Assembly: GCA_964016885.1 (NCBI GenBank)
Contig: OZ024758.1
Coordinates: 38,998,001-39,062,000, forward strand
Direction of reading: 5' to 3'
Length of the DNA: 64,000 nucleotides
DNA from: Eledone cirrhosa
Lineage: Eukaryota
The translations under genes and the position numbers were made by a program. The notes under the pieces are model-generated. The model was given only the letters and a program-made list of their open reading frames with translations. It was not told the DNA's origin and made no database searches. Below are positions 53,890-64,000 of this stretch, piece by piece; position 1 is the first letter of the stretch, and each line of letters begins with the position of its first letter.

Positions 53890-56800
53890 GTATTAGCTGT
53901 CAGAAGTAACTCCACTGTTGGTGAGAATTCATTTAAGTTCATGGTGCTAGCTGTCAGAAGTAACTCCACTGTTGGTGAGAATTCATTTAAGTTCATGGTA
54001 TTAGCTGTCAGAAGTAACTCCACTGTTGGTGAGAATTCATTTAAGTTCATGGTATTAGCTGACAGAAGTCACTCCACTGTTGGTGAGAATTCATTTAAGT
54101 TCATGGTACTAGCTGTCAGAAGTAACTCCAATGTTGGTGAGAATTCATTTAAGTTCATGGTATTAGCTGTCAGAAGTAACTCCACTGTTGGTGAGAATTC
54201 ATTTAAGTTCATGGTATTAGCTGTCAGAAGTAACTCCACTGTTGGTGAGAATTCATTTAAGTTCATGGTAGTAGCTGTCAGAAGTAACTCCACTGTTGGT
54301 GAGAATTCATTTAAGTTCATGGTACTAGCTGTCAGAAGTAACTCCACTGTTGGTGAGAATTCATTTAAGTTCATGGTATTAGCTGTCAGAAGTAACTCCA
54401 CTGTTGGTGAGAATTCATTTAAGTTCATGGTACTAGCTGTCAGAAGTAACTCTAATGTTGGTGAGAATTCATTTAAGTTCATGGTATTAGTTGTCAGAAG
54501 TAACTCCAATGTTGGTGAGAATTCATTTAAGTTCATGGTACTAGCTGTCAGAAGTAACTCCACTGTTGGTGAGAATTCATTTAAGTTCATGGTATTAGCT
54601 GTCAGAAGTAACTCCACTGTTGGTGAGAATTCATTTAAGTCATGGTACTGGCTGTCAGAAGTAACTCCAATGTTGGTGAGAATTCATTCAAGTTCATGGT
54701 ATTAGCTGTCAGAAGTAACTCCACTGTTGGTGAGAATTCATTTAAGTTCATGGTATTAGCTGTCAGAAGTAACTCCACTGTTGGTGAGAATTCATTTAAG
54801 TCATGGTATTAGCTGTCAGAAGTAACTCCAATGTTGGTGAGAATTCATTTAAGTTCATGGTATTAGCTGTCAGAAGTCACTCCACTGTTGGTGAGAATTC
54901 ATTTAAGTTCATGGTACTAGCTGTCAGAAGTAACCCCAATGTTGGTGAGAATTCATTTAAGTTCATGGTATTAGCTGTCAGAAGTCACTCCAATGTTGGT
55001 GAGAATTCATTTAAGTTCATGGTATTAGCTGTCAGAAGTAACTCCACTGTTGGTAAGAATTCATTTAAGTTCATGGTATTAGCTGTCAGAAGTAACTCCA
55101 CTGTTGGTGAGAATTCATTTAAGTTCACGGTATTAGCTGTCAGAAGTAACTCCACTGTTGGTGAGAATTCATTTAAGTTCATGGTACTAGCTGTCAGAAG
55201 TAACCCCAATGTTGGTGAGAATTCATTTAAGTTCATGGTATTAGCTGTCAGAAGTAACTCCACTGTTGGTGAGAATTCATTTAAGTTCATGGTACTAGCT
55301 GTCAGAAGTAACTCCAATGTTGGTGAGAATTCATTTAAGTTCATGGTATTAGCTGTCAGAAGGAACTCCACTGTTGCTGAGAATTCATTTAAGTTCATGG
55401 TATTAGCTGTCAGAAGTAACTCCACTGTTGGTGAGAATTCATTTAAGTTCATGGTACTAGCTGTCAGAAGTAACTCCACTGTTGGTGAGAATTCATTTAA
55501 GTTCATGGTATTAGCTGTCAGAAGTCACTCCATTGTTGGTGAGAATTCATTTAAGTTCATGGTATTAGCTGTCAGAAGTCACTCCACTGTTGGTGAGAAT
55601 TCATTTAAGTTCATGGTACTAGCTGTCAGAAGTAACCCCAATGTTGGTGAGAATTCATTTAAGTTCATGGTATTAGCTGTCAGAAGTCACTCCAATGTTG
55701 GTGAGAATTCATTTAAGTTCATGGTATTAACTGTCAGAAGTAACTCCACCGTTGGTGAGAATTCATTTAAGTTCATGGTATTAGCTGTCAGAAGTAACTC
55801 CACTGTTGGTGAGAATTCATTTAAGTTCATGGTATTAGCTGTCAGAAGTAACTCCACTGTTGGTGAGAATTCATTTAAGTTCATGGTATTAGCTGTCAGA
55901 AGTAACTCCACTGTTGGTGAGAATTCATTTAAGTTCATGGTATTAGCTGTCAGAAGTCACTCCAATGTTGGTGAGAATTCATTTAAGTCATGGTACTAGC
56001 TGTCAGAAGTAACTCCACTGTTGGTGAGAATTCATTTAAGTTCATTGTATTAGCTGTCAGAAGGAACGCCACTGTTGGTGAGAATTCATTTAAGTTCATG
56101 GTATTAGCTGTCAGAAGTAACTCCACTGTTGGTGAGAATTCATTTAAGTTCATGGTACTAGCTGTCAGAAGTAACTCCAATGTTGGTGAGAATTCATTTA
56201 AGTTCATGGTATTAGCTGTCAGAAGGAACTCCACTGTTGCTGAGAATTCATTTAAGTTCATGGTATTAGCTGTCAGAAGTAACTCCACTGTTGGTGAGAA
56301 TTCATTTAAGTTCATGGTACTAGCTGTCAGAAGTCACTCCACTGTTGGTGAGAATACATTTAAGTTCATGGTACTAGCTGTCAGAAGTAACCCCAATGTT
56401 GGTGAGAATTCATTTAAGTTCATGGTATTAGCTGTCAGAAGTCACTCCAATGTTGGTGAGAATTCATTTAAGTTCATGGTATTAGCTGTCAGAAGTAACT
56501 CCACTGTTGGTAAGAATTCATTTAAGTTCATGGTATTAGCTGTCAGAAGTAACTCCACTGTTGGTGAGAATTCATTTAAGTTCATGGTATTAGCTGTCAG
56601 AAGTAACTCCACTGTTGGTGAGAATTCATTTAAGTTCATGGTGCTAGCTGTCAGAAGTAACTCCACTGTTGGTGAGAATTCATTTAAGTTCATGGTATTA
56701 GCTGTCAGAAGTAACTCCACTGTTGGTGAGAATTCATTTAAGTTCATGGTATTAGCTGACAGAAGTCACTCCACTGTTGGTGAGAATTCATTTAAGTTCA

Positions 56801-59460
56801 TGGTACTAGCTGTCAGAAGTAACTCCAATGTTGGTGAGAATTCATTTAAGTTCATGGTATTAGCTGTCAGAAGTAACTCCACTGTTGGTGAGAATTCATT
56901 TAAGTTCATGGTATTAGCTGTCAGAAGTAACTCCACTGTTGGTGAGAATTCATTTAAGTTCATGGTAGTAGCTGTCAGAAGTAACTCCACTGTTGGTGAG
57001 AATTCATTTAAGTTCATGGTACTAGCTGTCAGAAGTAACTCCACTGTTGGTGAGAATTCATTTAAGTTCATGGTATTAGCTGTCAGAAGTAACTCCACTG
57101 TTGGTGAGAATTCATTTAAGTTCATGGTACTAGCTGTCAGAAGTAACTCTAATGTTGGTGAGAATTCATTTAAGTTCATGGTATTAGCTGTCAGAAGTAA
57201 CTCCACCGATGGTGAGAATTCATTTAAGTTCATGGTATTAGCTGTCAGAAGTAACTCCACTGTTGGTGAGAATTCATTTAAGTACATGGTATTAGTTTGT
57301 CAGAAGTAACTCCACTGTTGGTGAGAATTCATTTAAGTCATGGTATTAGTTGTCAGAAGTAACTCCAATGTTGGTGAGAATTCATTTAAGTTCATGGTAC
57401 TAGCTGTCAGAAGTAACTCCACTGTTGGTGAGAATTCATTTAAGTTCATGGTATTAGCTGTCAGAAGTAACTCCACTGTTGGTGAGAATTCATTTAAGTC
57501 ATGGTACTGGCTGTCAGAAGTAACTCCAATGTTGGTGAGAATTCATTTAAGTTCATGGTATTAGCTGTCAGAAGTAACTCCACTGTTGGTGAGAATTCAT
57601 TTAAGTTCATGGTATTAGCTGTCAGAAGTAACTCCACTGTTGGTGAGAATTCATTTAAGTCATGGTATTAGCTGTCAGAAGTAACTCCAATGTTGGTGAG
57701 AATTCATTTAAGTTCATGGTATTAGCTGTCAGAAGTCACTCCACTGTTGGTGAGAATTCATTTAAGTTCATGGTACTAGCTGTCAGAAGTAACCCCAATG
57801 TTGGTGAGAATTCATTTAAGTTCATGGTATTAGCTGTCAGAAGTCACTCCAATGTTGGTGAGAATTCATTTAAGTTCATGGTATTAGCTGTCAGAAGTAA
57901 CTCCACTGTTGGTAAGAATTCATTTAAGTTCATGGTATTAGCTGTCAGAAGTAACTCCACTGTTGGTGAGAATTCATTTAAGTTCACGGTATTAGCTGTC
58001 AGAAGTAACTCCACTGTTGGTGAGAATTCATTTAAGTTCATGGTACTAGCTGTCAGAAGTAACCCCAATGTTGGTGAGAATTCATTTAAGTTCATGGTAT
58101 TAGCTGTCAGAAGTAACTCCACTGTTGGTGAGAATTCATTTAAGTTCATGGTACTAGCTGTCAGAAGTAACTCCAATGTTGGTGAGAATTCATTTAAGTT
58201 CATGGTATTAGCTGTCAGAAGGAACTCCACTGTTGCTGAGAATTCATTTAAGTTCATGGTATTAGCTGTCAGAAGTAACTCCACTGTTGGTGAGAATTCA
58301 TTTAAGTTCATGGTACTAGCTGTCAGAAGTAACTCCACTGTTGGTGAGAATTCATTTAAGTTCATGGTATTAGCTGTCAGAAGTCACTCCATTGTTGGTG
58401 AGAATTCATTTAAGTTCATGGTATTAGCTGTCAGAAGTCACTCCACTGTTGGTGAGAATTCATTTAAGTTCATGGTACTAGCTGTCAGAAGTAACCCCAA
58501 TGTTGGTGAGAATTCATTTAAGTTCATGGTATTAGCTGTCAGAAGTCACTCCAATGTTGGTGAGAATTCATTTAAGTTCATGGTATTAACTGTCAGAAGT
58601 AACTCCACCGTTGGTGAGAATTCATTTAAGTTCATGGTATTAGCTGTCAGAAGTAACTCCACTGTTGGTGAGAATTCATTTAAGTTCATGGTATTAGCTG
58701 TCAGAAGTAACTCCACTGTTGGTGAGAATTCATTTAAGTTCATGGTATTAGCTGTCAGAAGTAACTCCACTGTTGGTGAGAATTCATTTAAGTTCATGGT
58801 ATTAGCTGTCAGAAGTCACTCCAATGTTGGTGAGAATTCATTTAAGTCATGGTACTAGCTGTCAGAAGTAACTCCACTGTTGGTGAGAATTCATTTAAGT
58901 TCATTGTATTAGCTGTCAGAAGGAACGCCACTGTTGGTGAGAATTCATTTAAGTTCATGGTATTAGCTGTCAGAAGTAACTCCACTGTTGGTGAGAATTC
59001 ATTTAAGTTCATGGTACTAGCTGTCAGAAGTAACTCCAATGTTGGTGAGAATTCATTTAAGTTCATGGTATTAGCTGTCAGAAGGAACTCCACTGTTGCT
59101 GAGAATTCATTTAAGTTCATGGTATTAGCTGTCAGAAGTAACTCCACTGTTGGTGAGAATTCATTTAAGTTCATGGTACTAGCTGTCAGAAGTCACTCCA
59201 CTGTTGGTGAGAATACATTTAAGTTCATGGTACTAGCTGTCAGAAGTAACCCCAATGTTGGTGAGAATTCATTTAAGTTCATGGTATTAGCTGTCAGAAG
59301 TCACTCCAATGTTGGTGAGAATTCATTTAAGTTCATGGTATTAGCTGTCAGAAGTAACTCCACTGTTGGTAAGAATTCATTTAAGTTCATGGTATTAGCT
59401 GTCAGAAGTAACTCCACTGTTGGTGAGAATTCATTTAAGTTCATGGTATTAGCTGTCAGA
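53890..59460. repeat. Tandem duplication with offset 2697 bp then 2859 bp (copies differ by a 3-monomer, 162-bp indel)
   Basis: Offset 2697 for GCTGACAG, GGTAGTAG and ACTCTAAT (ORFs 54069/56766). Offset 2859 for 54803/57662, 55990/58849 and TTCACGG at 55128/57987. Confidence 0.85.
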
Positions 59461-61850
59461 AGGAACGCCACTGTTGGTGAGAATTCATTTAAGTTCATGG
59501 TATTAGCTGTCAGAAGTAACTCCACTGTTGGTGAGAATTCATTTAAGTTCATGGTACTAGCTGTCAGAAGTAACTCCACTGTTGGTGAGAATTCATTTAA
59601 GTTCATGGTATTAGCTGTCAGAAGTCACTCCAATGTTGGTGAGAATTCATTTAAGTTCATGGTATTAGCTGTCAGAAGTCACTCCACTGTTGGTGAGAAT
59701 TCATTTAAGTTCATGGTACTAGCTGTCAGAAGTAACCCCAATGTTGGTGGGAATTCATTTAAGTTCATGGTATTAGCTGTCAGAAGTCACTCCAATGTTG
59801 GTGAGAATTCATTTAAGTTCATGGTATTAGCTGTCAGAAGTAACTCCACTGTTGGTGAGAATTCATTTTAGTTCATGGTATTAGCTGTCAGAAGTAACTC
59901 CACTGTTGGTGAGAATTCATTTAAGTTCATGGTACTAGCTGTCAGAAGTAACCCCAATGTTGGTGAGAATTCATTTAAGTTCATGGTATTAGCTGTCAGA
60001 AGTCACTCCAATGTTGGTGAGAATTCATTTAAGTTCATGGTATTAGCTGTCAGAAGTAACTCCACTGTTGGTAAGAATTCATTTAAGTTCATGGTATTAG
60101 CTGTCAGAAGTAACTCCACTGTTGGTGAGAATTCATTTAAGTTCACGGTATTAGCTGTCAGAAGTAACTCCACTGTTGGTGAGAATTCATTTAAGTTCAT
60201 GGTACTAGCTGTCAGAAGTAACCCCAATGTTGGTGAGAATTCATTTAAGTTCATGGTATTAGCTGTCAGAAGTAACTCCACTGTTGGTGAGAATTCATTT
60301 AAGTTCATGGTACTAGCTGTCAGAAGTAACTCCAATGTTGGTGAGAATTCATTTAAGTTCATGGTATTAGCTGTCAGAAGGAACTCCACTGTTGCTGAGA
60401 ATTCATTTAAGTTCATGGTATTAGCTGTCAGAAGTAACTCCACTGTTGGTGAGAATTCATTTAAGTTCATGGTACTAGCTGTCAGAAGTAACTCCACTGT
60501 TGGTGAGAATTCATTTAAGTTCATGGTATTAGCTGTCAGAAGTCACTCCATTGTTGGTGAGAATTCATTTAAGTTCATGGTATTAGCTGTCAGAAGTCAC
60601 TCCACTGTTGGTGAGAATTCATTTAAGTTCATGGTACTAGCTGTCAGAAGTAACCCCAATGTTGGTGAGAATTCATTTAAGTTCATGGTATTAGCTGTCA
60701 GAAGTCACTCCAATGTTGGTGAGAATTCATTTAAGTTCATGGTATTAACTGTCAGAAGTAACTCCACTGTTGGTGAGAATTCATTTAAGTTCATGGTATT
60801 AGCTGTCAGAAGTAACTCCACTGTTGGTGAGAATTCATTTAAGTTCATGGTATTAGCTGTCAGAAGTAACTCCACTGTTGGTGAGAATTCATTTAAGTTC
60901 ATGGTATTAGCTGTCAGAAGTAACTCCACTGTTGGTGAGAATTCATTTAAGTTCATGGTATTAGCTGTCAGAAGTCACTCCAATGTTGGTGAGAATTCAT
61001 TTAAGTCATGGTACTAGCTGTCAGAAGTAACTCCACTGTTGGTGAGAATTCATTTAAGTTCATTGTATTAGCTGTCAGAAGGAACGCCACTGTTGGTGAG
61101 AATTCATTTAAGTTCATGGTATTAGCTGTCAGAAGTAACTCCACTGTTGGTGAGAATTCATTTAAGTTCATGGTACTAGCTGTCAGAAGTAACTCCAATG
61201 TTGGTGAGAATTCATTTAAGTTCATGGTATTAGCTGTCAGAAGGAACTCCACTGTTGCTGAGAATTCATTTAAGTTCATGGTATTAGCTGTCAGAAGTAA
61301 CTCCACTGTTGGTGAGAATTCATTTAAGTTCATGGTACTAGCTGTCAGAAGTCACTCCACTGTTGGTGAGAATACATTTAAGTTCATGGTACTAGCTGTC
61401 AGAAGTAACCCCAATGTTGGTGAGAATTCATTTAAGTTCATGGTACTAGCTGTCAGAAGTAACTCCACTGTTGGTGAGAATTCATTTAAGTTCATGGTAT
61501 TAGCTGTCAGAAGTAACTCCACTGTTGGTGAGAATTCATTTAAGTTCATGGTACTAGCTGTCAGAAGTAACTCCACTGTTGGTGAGAATTCATTTAAGTT
61601 CATGGTATTAGCTGTCAGAAGTCACTCCAATGTTGGTGAGAATTCATTTAAGTTCATGGTATTAGCTGTCAGAAGTCACTCCACTGTTGGTGAGAATTCA
61701 TTTAAGTTCATGGTACTAGCTGTCAGAAGTAACCCCAATGTTGGTGGGAATTCATTTAAGTTCATGGTATTAGCTGTCAGAAGTCACTCCAATGTTGGTG
61801 AGAATTCATTTAAGTTCATGGTATTAGCTGTCAGAAGTAACTCCACTGTT
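57740..61850. repeat. Tandem duplication with offset 2159 bp then 1997 bp (copies differ by a 3-monomer, 162-bp indel)
   Basis: Offset 2159 for TTCACGG at 57987/60146 and ORFs 57844/60003 and 58849/61008. Offset 1997 for GGTGGGAA at 59750/61747. Confidence 0.85.
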
Positions 61851-64000
61851 GGTGAGAATTCATTTAAGTTCATGGTATTAGCTGTCAGAAGTAACTCCAC
61901 TGTTGGTGAGAATTCATTTAAGTTCATGGTATTAGCTGTCAGAAGTAACTCCACTGTTGGTGAGAATTCATTTAAGTCATGGTATTAGCTGTCAGAAGTA
62001 ACTCCAATGTTGGTGAGAATTCATTTAAGTTCATGGTATTAGCTGTCAGAAGTCACTCCACTGTTGGTGAGAATTCATTTAAGTTCATGGTACTAGCTGT
62101 CAGAAGTAACCCCAATGTTGGTGAGAATTCATTTAAGTTCATGGTATTAGCTGTCAGAAGTCACTCCAATGTTGGTGAGAATTCATTTAAGTTCATGGTA
62201 TTAGCTGTCAGAAGTAACTCCACTGTTGGTGAGAATTCATTTAAGTTCATGGTATTAGCTGTCAGAAGTAACTCCACTGTTGGTGAGAATTCATTTAAGT
62301 TCATGGTATTAGCTGTCAGAAGTAACTCCACTGTTGGTGAGAATTCATTTAAGTTCATGGTATTAGCTGTCAGAAGGAACTCCAATGTTGGTGAGAATTC
62401 ATTTAAGTCATGGTACTAGCTGTCAGAAGTAACTCCACTGTTGGTGAGAATTCATTTAAGTTCATGGTATTAGCTGTCAGAAGGAACGCCACTGTTGGTG
62501 AGAATTCATTTAAATTCATGGTATTAGCTGTCAGAAGTAACTCCACTGTTGGTGAGAATTCATTTAAGTTCATGGTACTAGCTGTCAGAAGTAACTCCAA
62601 TGTTGGTGAGAATTCATTTAAGTTCATGGTATTAGCTGTCAGAAGTCACTCCAATGTTGGTGAGAATTCATTTAAGTCATGGTACTAGCTGTCAGAAGTA
62701 ACTCCACTGTTGGTGAGAATTCATTTAAGTTCATTGTATTAGCTGTCAGAAGGAACGCCACTGTTGGTGAGAATTCATTTAAGTTCATGGTATTAGCTGT
62801 CAGAAGTAACTCCACTGTTGGTGAGAATTCATTTAAGTTCATGGTACTAGCTGTCAGAAGTAACTCCAATGTTGGTGAGAATTCATTTAAGTTCATGGTA
62901 TTAGCTGTCAGAAGGAACTCCACTGTTGCTGAGAATTCATTTAAGTTCATGGTATTAGCTGTCAGAAGTAACTCCACTGTTGGTGAGAATTCATTTAAGT
63001 TCATGGTACTAGCTGTCAGAAGTCACTCCACTGTTGGTGAGAATACATTTAAGTTCATGGTACTAGCTGTCAGAAGTAACCCCAATGTTGGTGAGAATTC
63101 ATTTAAGTTCATGGTATTAGCTGTCAGAAGTCACTCCAATGTTGGTGAGAATTCATTTAAGTTCATGGTATTAGCTGTCAGAAGTAACTCCACTGTTGGT
63201 AAGAATTCATTTAAGTTCATGGTATTAGCTGTCAGAAGTAACTCCACTGTTGGTGAGAATTCATTTAAGTTCATGGTATTAGCTGTCAGAAGGAACGCCA
63301 CTGTTGGTGAGAATTCATTTAAGTTCATGGTATTAGCTGTCAGAAGTAACTCCACTGTTGGTGAGAATTCATTTAAGTTCATGGTATTAGCTGTCAGAAG
63401 TAACTCCACTGTTGGTGAGAATTCATTTAAGTTCATGGTATTAGCTGTCAGAAGTAACTCCACTGTTGGTGAGAATTCATTTAAGTTCATGGTATTAGCT
63501 GTCAGAAGTAACTCCACTGTTGGTGAGAATTCATTTAAGTTCATGGTATTAGCTGTCAGAAGTAACTCCACTGTTGGTGAGAATTCATTTAAGTTCATGG
63601 TATTAGCTGTCAGAAGGAACTCCAATGTTGGTGAGAATTCATTTAAGTTCATGGTATTAGCTGTCAGAAGTAACTCCACTGTTGGTGAGAATTCATTTAA
63701 GTTCATGGTATTAGCTGTCAGAAGGAACTCCAATGTTGGTGAGAATTCATTTAAGTCATGGTACTAGCTGTCAGAAGTAACTCCACTGTTGGTGAGAATT
63801 CATTTAAGTTCATGGTATTAGCTGTCAGAAGGAACGCCACTGTTGGTGAGAATTCATTTAAATTCATGGTATTAGCTGTCAGAAGTAACTCCACTGTTGG
63901 TGAGAATTCATTTAAGTTCATGGTACTAGCTGTCAGAAGTAACTCCAATGTTGGTGAGAATTCATTTAAGTTCATGGTATTAGCTGTCAGAAGTAACTCC

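Larger units (their letters stand above)
1..64000. repeat. 54-bp tandem satellite DNA array (EcoRI-site-containing monomer), ~1,185-1,190 head-to-tail copies, continuing beyond both window edges
   Basis: Every line matches the consensus ATGGTATTAGCTGTCAGAAGTAACTCCACTGTTGGTGAGAATTCATTTAAGTTC with typically 0-3 differences per monomer. Common variants (consensus numbering, A of ATG = 1) are T7C, C11T, T21G, A22C, T25C, T25G, C29A, G35C, G37A, T43A and a 1-bp deletion of T52/53 (AAGTCATG, giving 53-bp monomers). All copies have the same orientation and there is no intervening sequence. Confidence 0.99.

Noticed and set aside
145-63975. All ORFs in the six-frame track as protein-coding genes (repeat, adhesin or mucin-like proteins)
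   Set aside because: They are pure translations of the 54-bp monomer with no unique N- or C-terminal domain or signal peptide. Frameshifting 53-bp monomers occur every few to ~40 units, most common variants are non-synonymous, and equally long ORFs lie on the opposite strand. An 18-codon frame without a stop is common by chance.
1-64000. CRISPR array or repeat-spacer system (conserved part plus variable part)
   Set aside because: The 'variable' part differs by only 1-3 recurrent substitutions. There are no unique spacers, no leader and no cas genes.
1-64000. Programmed frameshift or phase-variation cassette system (overlapping ...SWY-stop / ATG junctions)
   Set aside because: The 10-bp ORF overlaps are the automatic result of the single-T deletion in AAGTTC, where the next monomer's ATG restarts in a new frame. 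There is no slippery site, recombinase or expression locus.
1-64000. Canonical telomeric repeat, or tandem tRNA/5S/snRNA/spliced-leader gene array
   Set aside because: There is no TTAGGG/TTAGG-like G-rich unit. The 54-bp unit lacks a cloverleaf, recognisable pol III A/B boxes and an Sm-site plus spacer organisation. A non-canonical long telomeric or subtelomeric repeat cannot be excluded without chromosomal context.
1-64000. Hidden insertion, inversion or mobile element within the array
   Set aside because: Reading through the window, the 54/53-bp register is never broken and no reverse-complement monomer appears. The ORF track contains no non-repeat peptide.
1-64000. Synthetic concatemer or rolling-circle/sequencing artefact (EcoRI site in each unit)
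   Set aside because: Variants are inherited in nested, ordered blocks over kilobases, which indicates evolutionary duplication history rather than random error or ligation. The EcoRI site is itself mutated in recurring variants (GAATAC, GAATCC, GTATTC, GAACTC).

Overview
The whole 64 kb window is one uninterrupted, head-to-tail, single-orientation tandem array (satellite DNA). It holds roughly 1,185-1,190 copies of a 54-bp monomer, consensus ATGGTATTAGCTGTCAGAAGTAACTCCACTGTTGGTGAGAATTCATTTAAGTTC (20/54 = 37% GC, one EcoRI GAATTC, one AluI AGCT, no CpG). I see no unique sequence, inversion, transposon insertion, RNA gene, CRISPR spacer or credible protein-coding gene. The long ORFs on both strands (MVLAVRSNSTVGENSFKF)n and (MNLNEFSPTVELLLTANT)n arise because the monomer is a multiple of 3 and stop-free in one frame per strand. 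The information in the window lies in the order of monomer variants. That order shows a recurring ~10-monomer variant cassette and a chain of overlapping 0.75-4.4 kb near-identical tandem duplications. It also shows a younger ~4-4.7 kb higher-order unit expanded at ~30-51.5 kb, flanked on both sides by an older variant set, and two unduplicated, mutation-rich segments. This is typical of eukaryotic heterochromatic (centromeric, pericentromeric or subtelomeric) satellite. I cannot name the organism or satellite family, and I found no evidence for a new gene-encoded system. Duplication boundaries were read by eye and are accurate to about one monomer.
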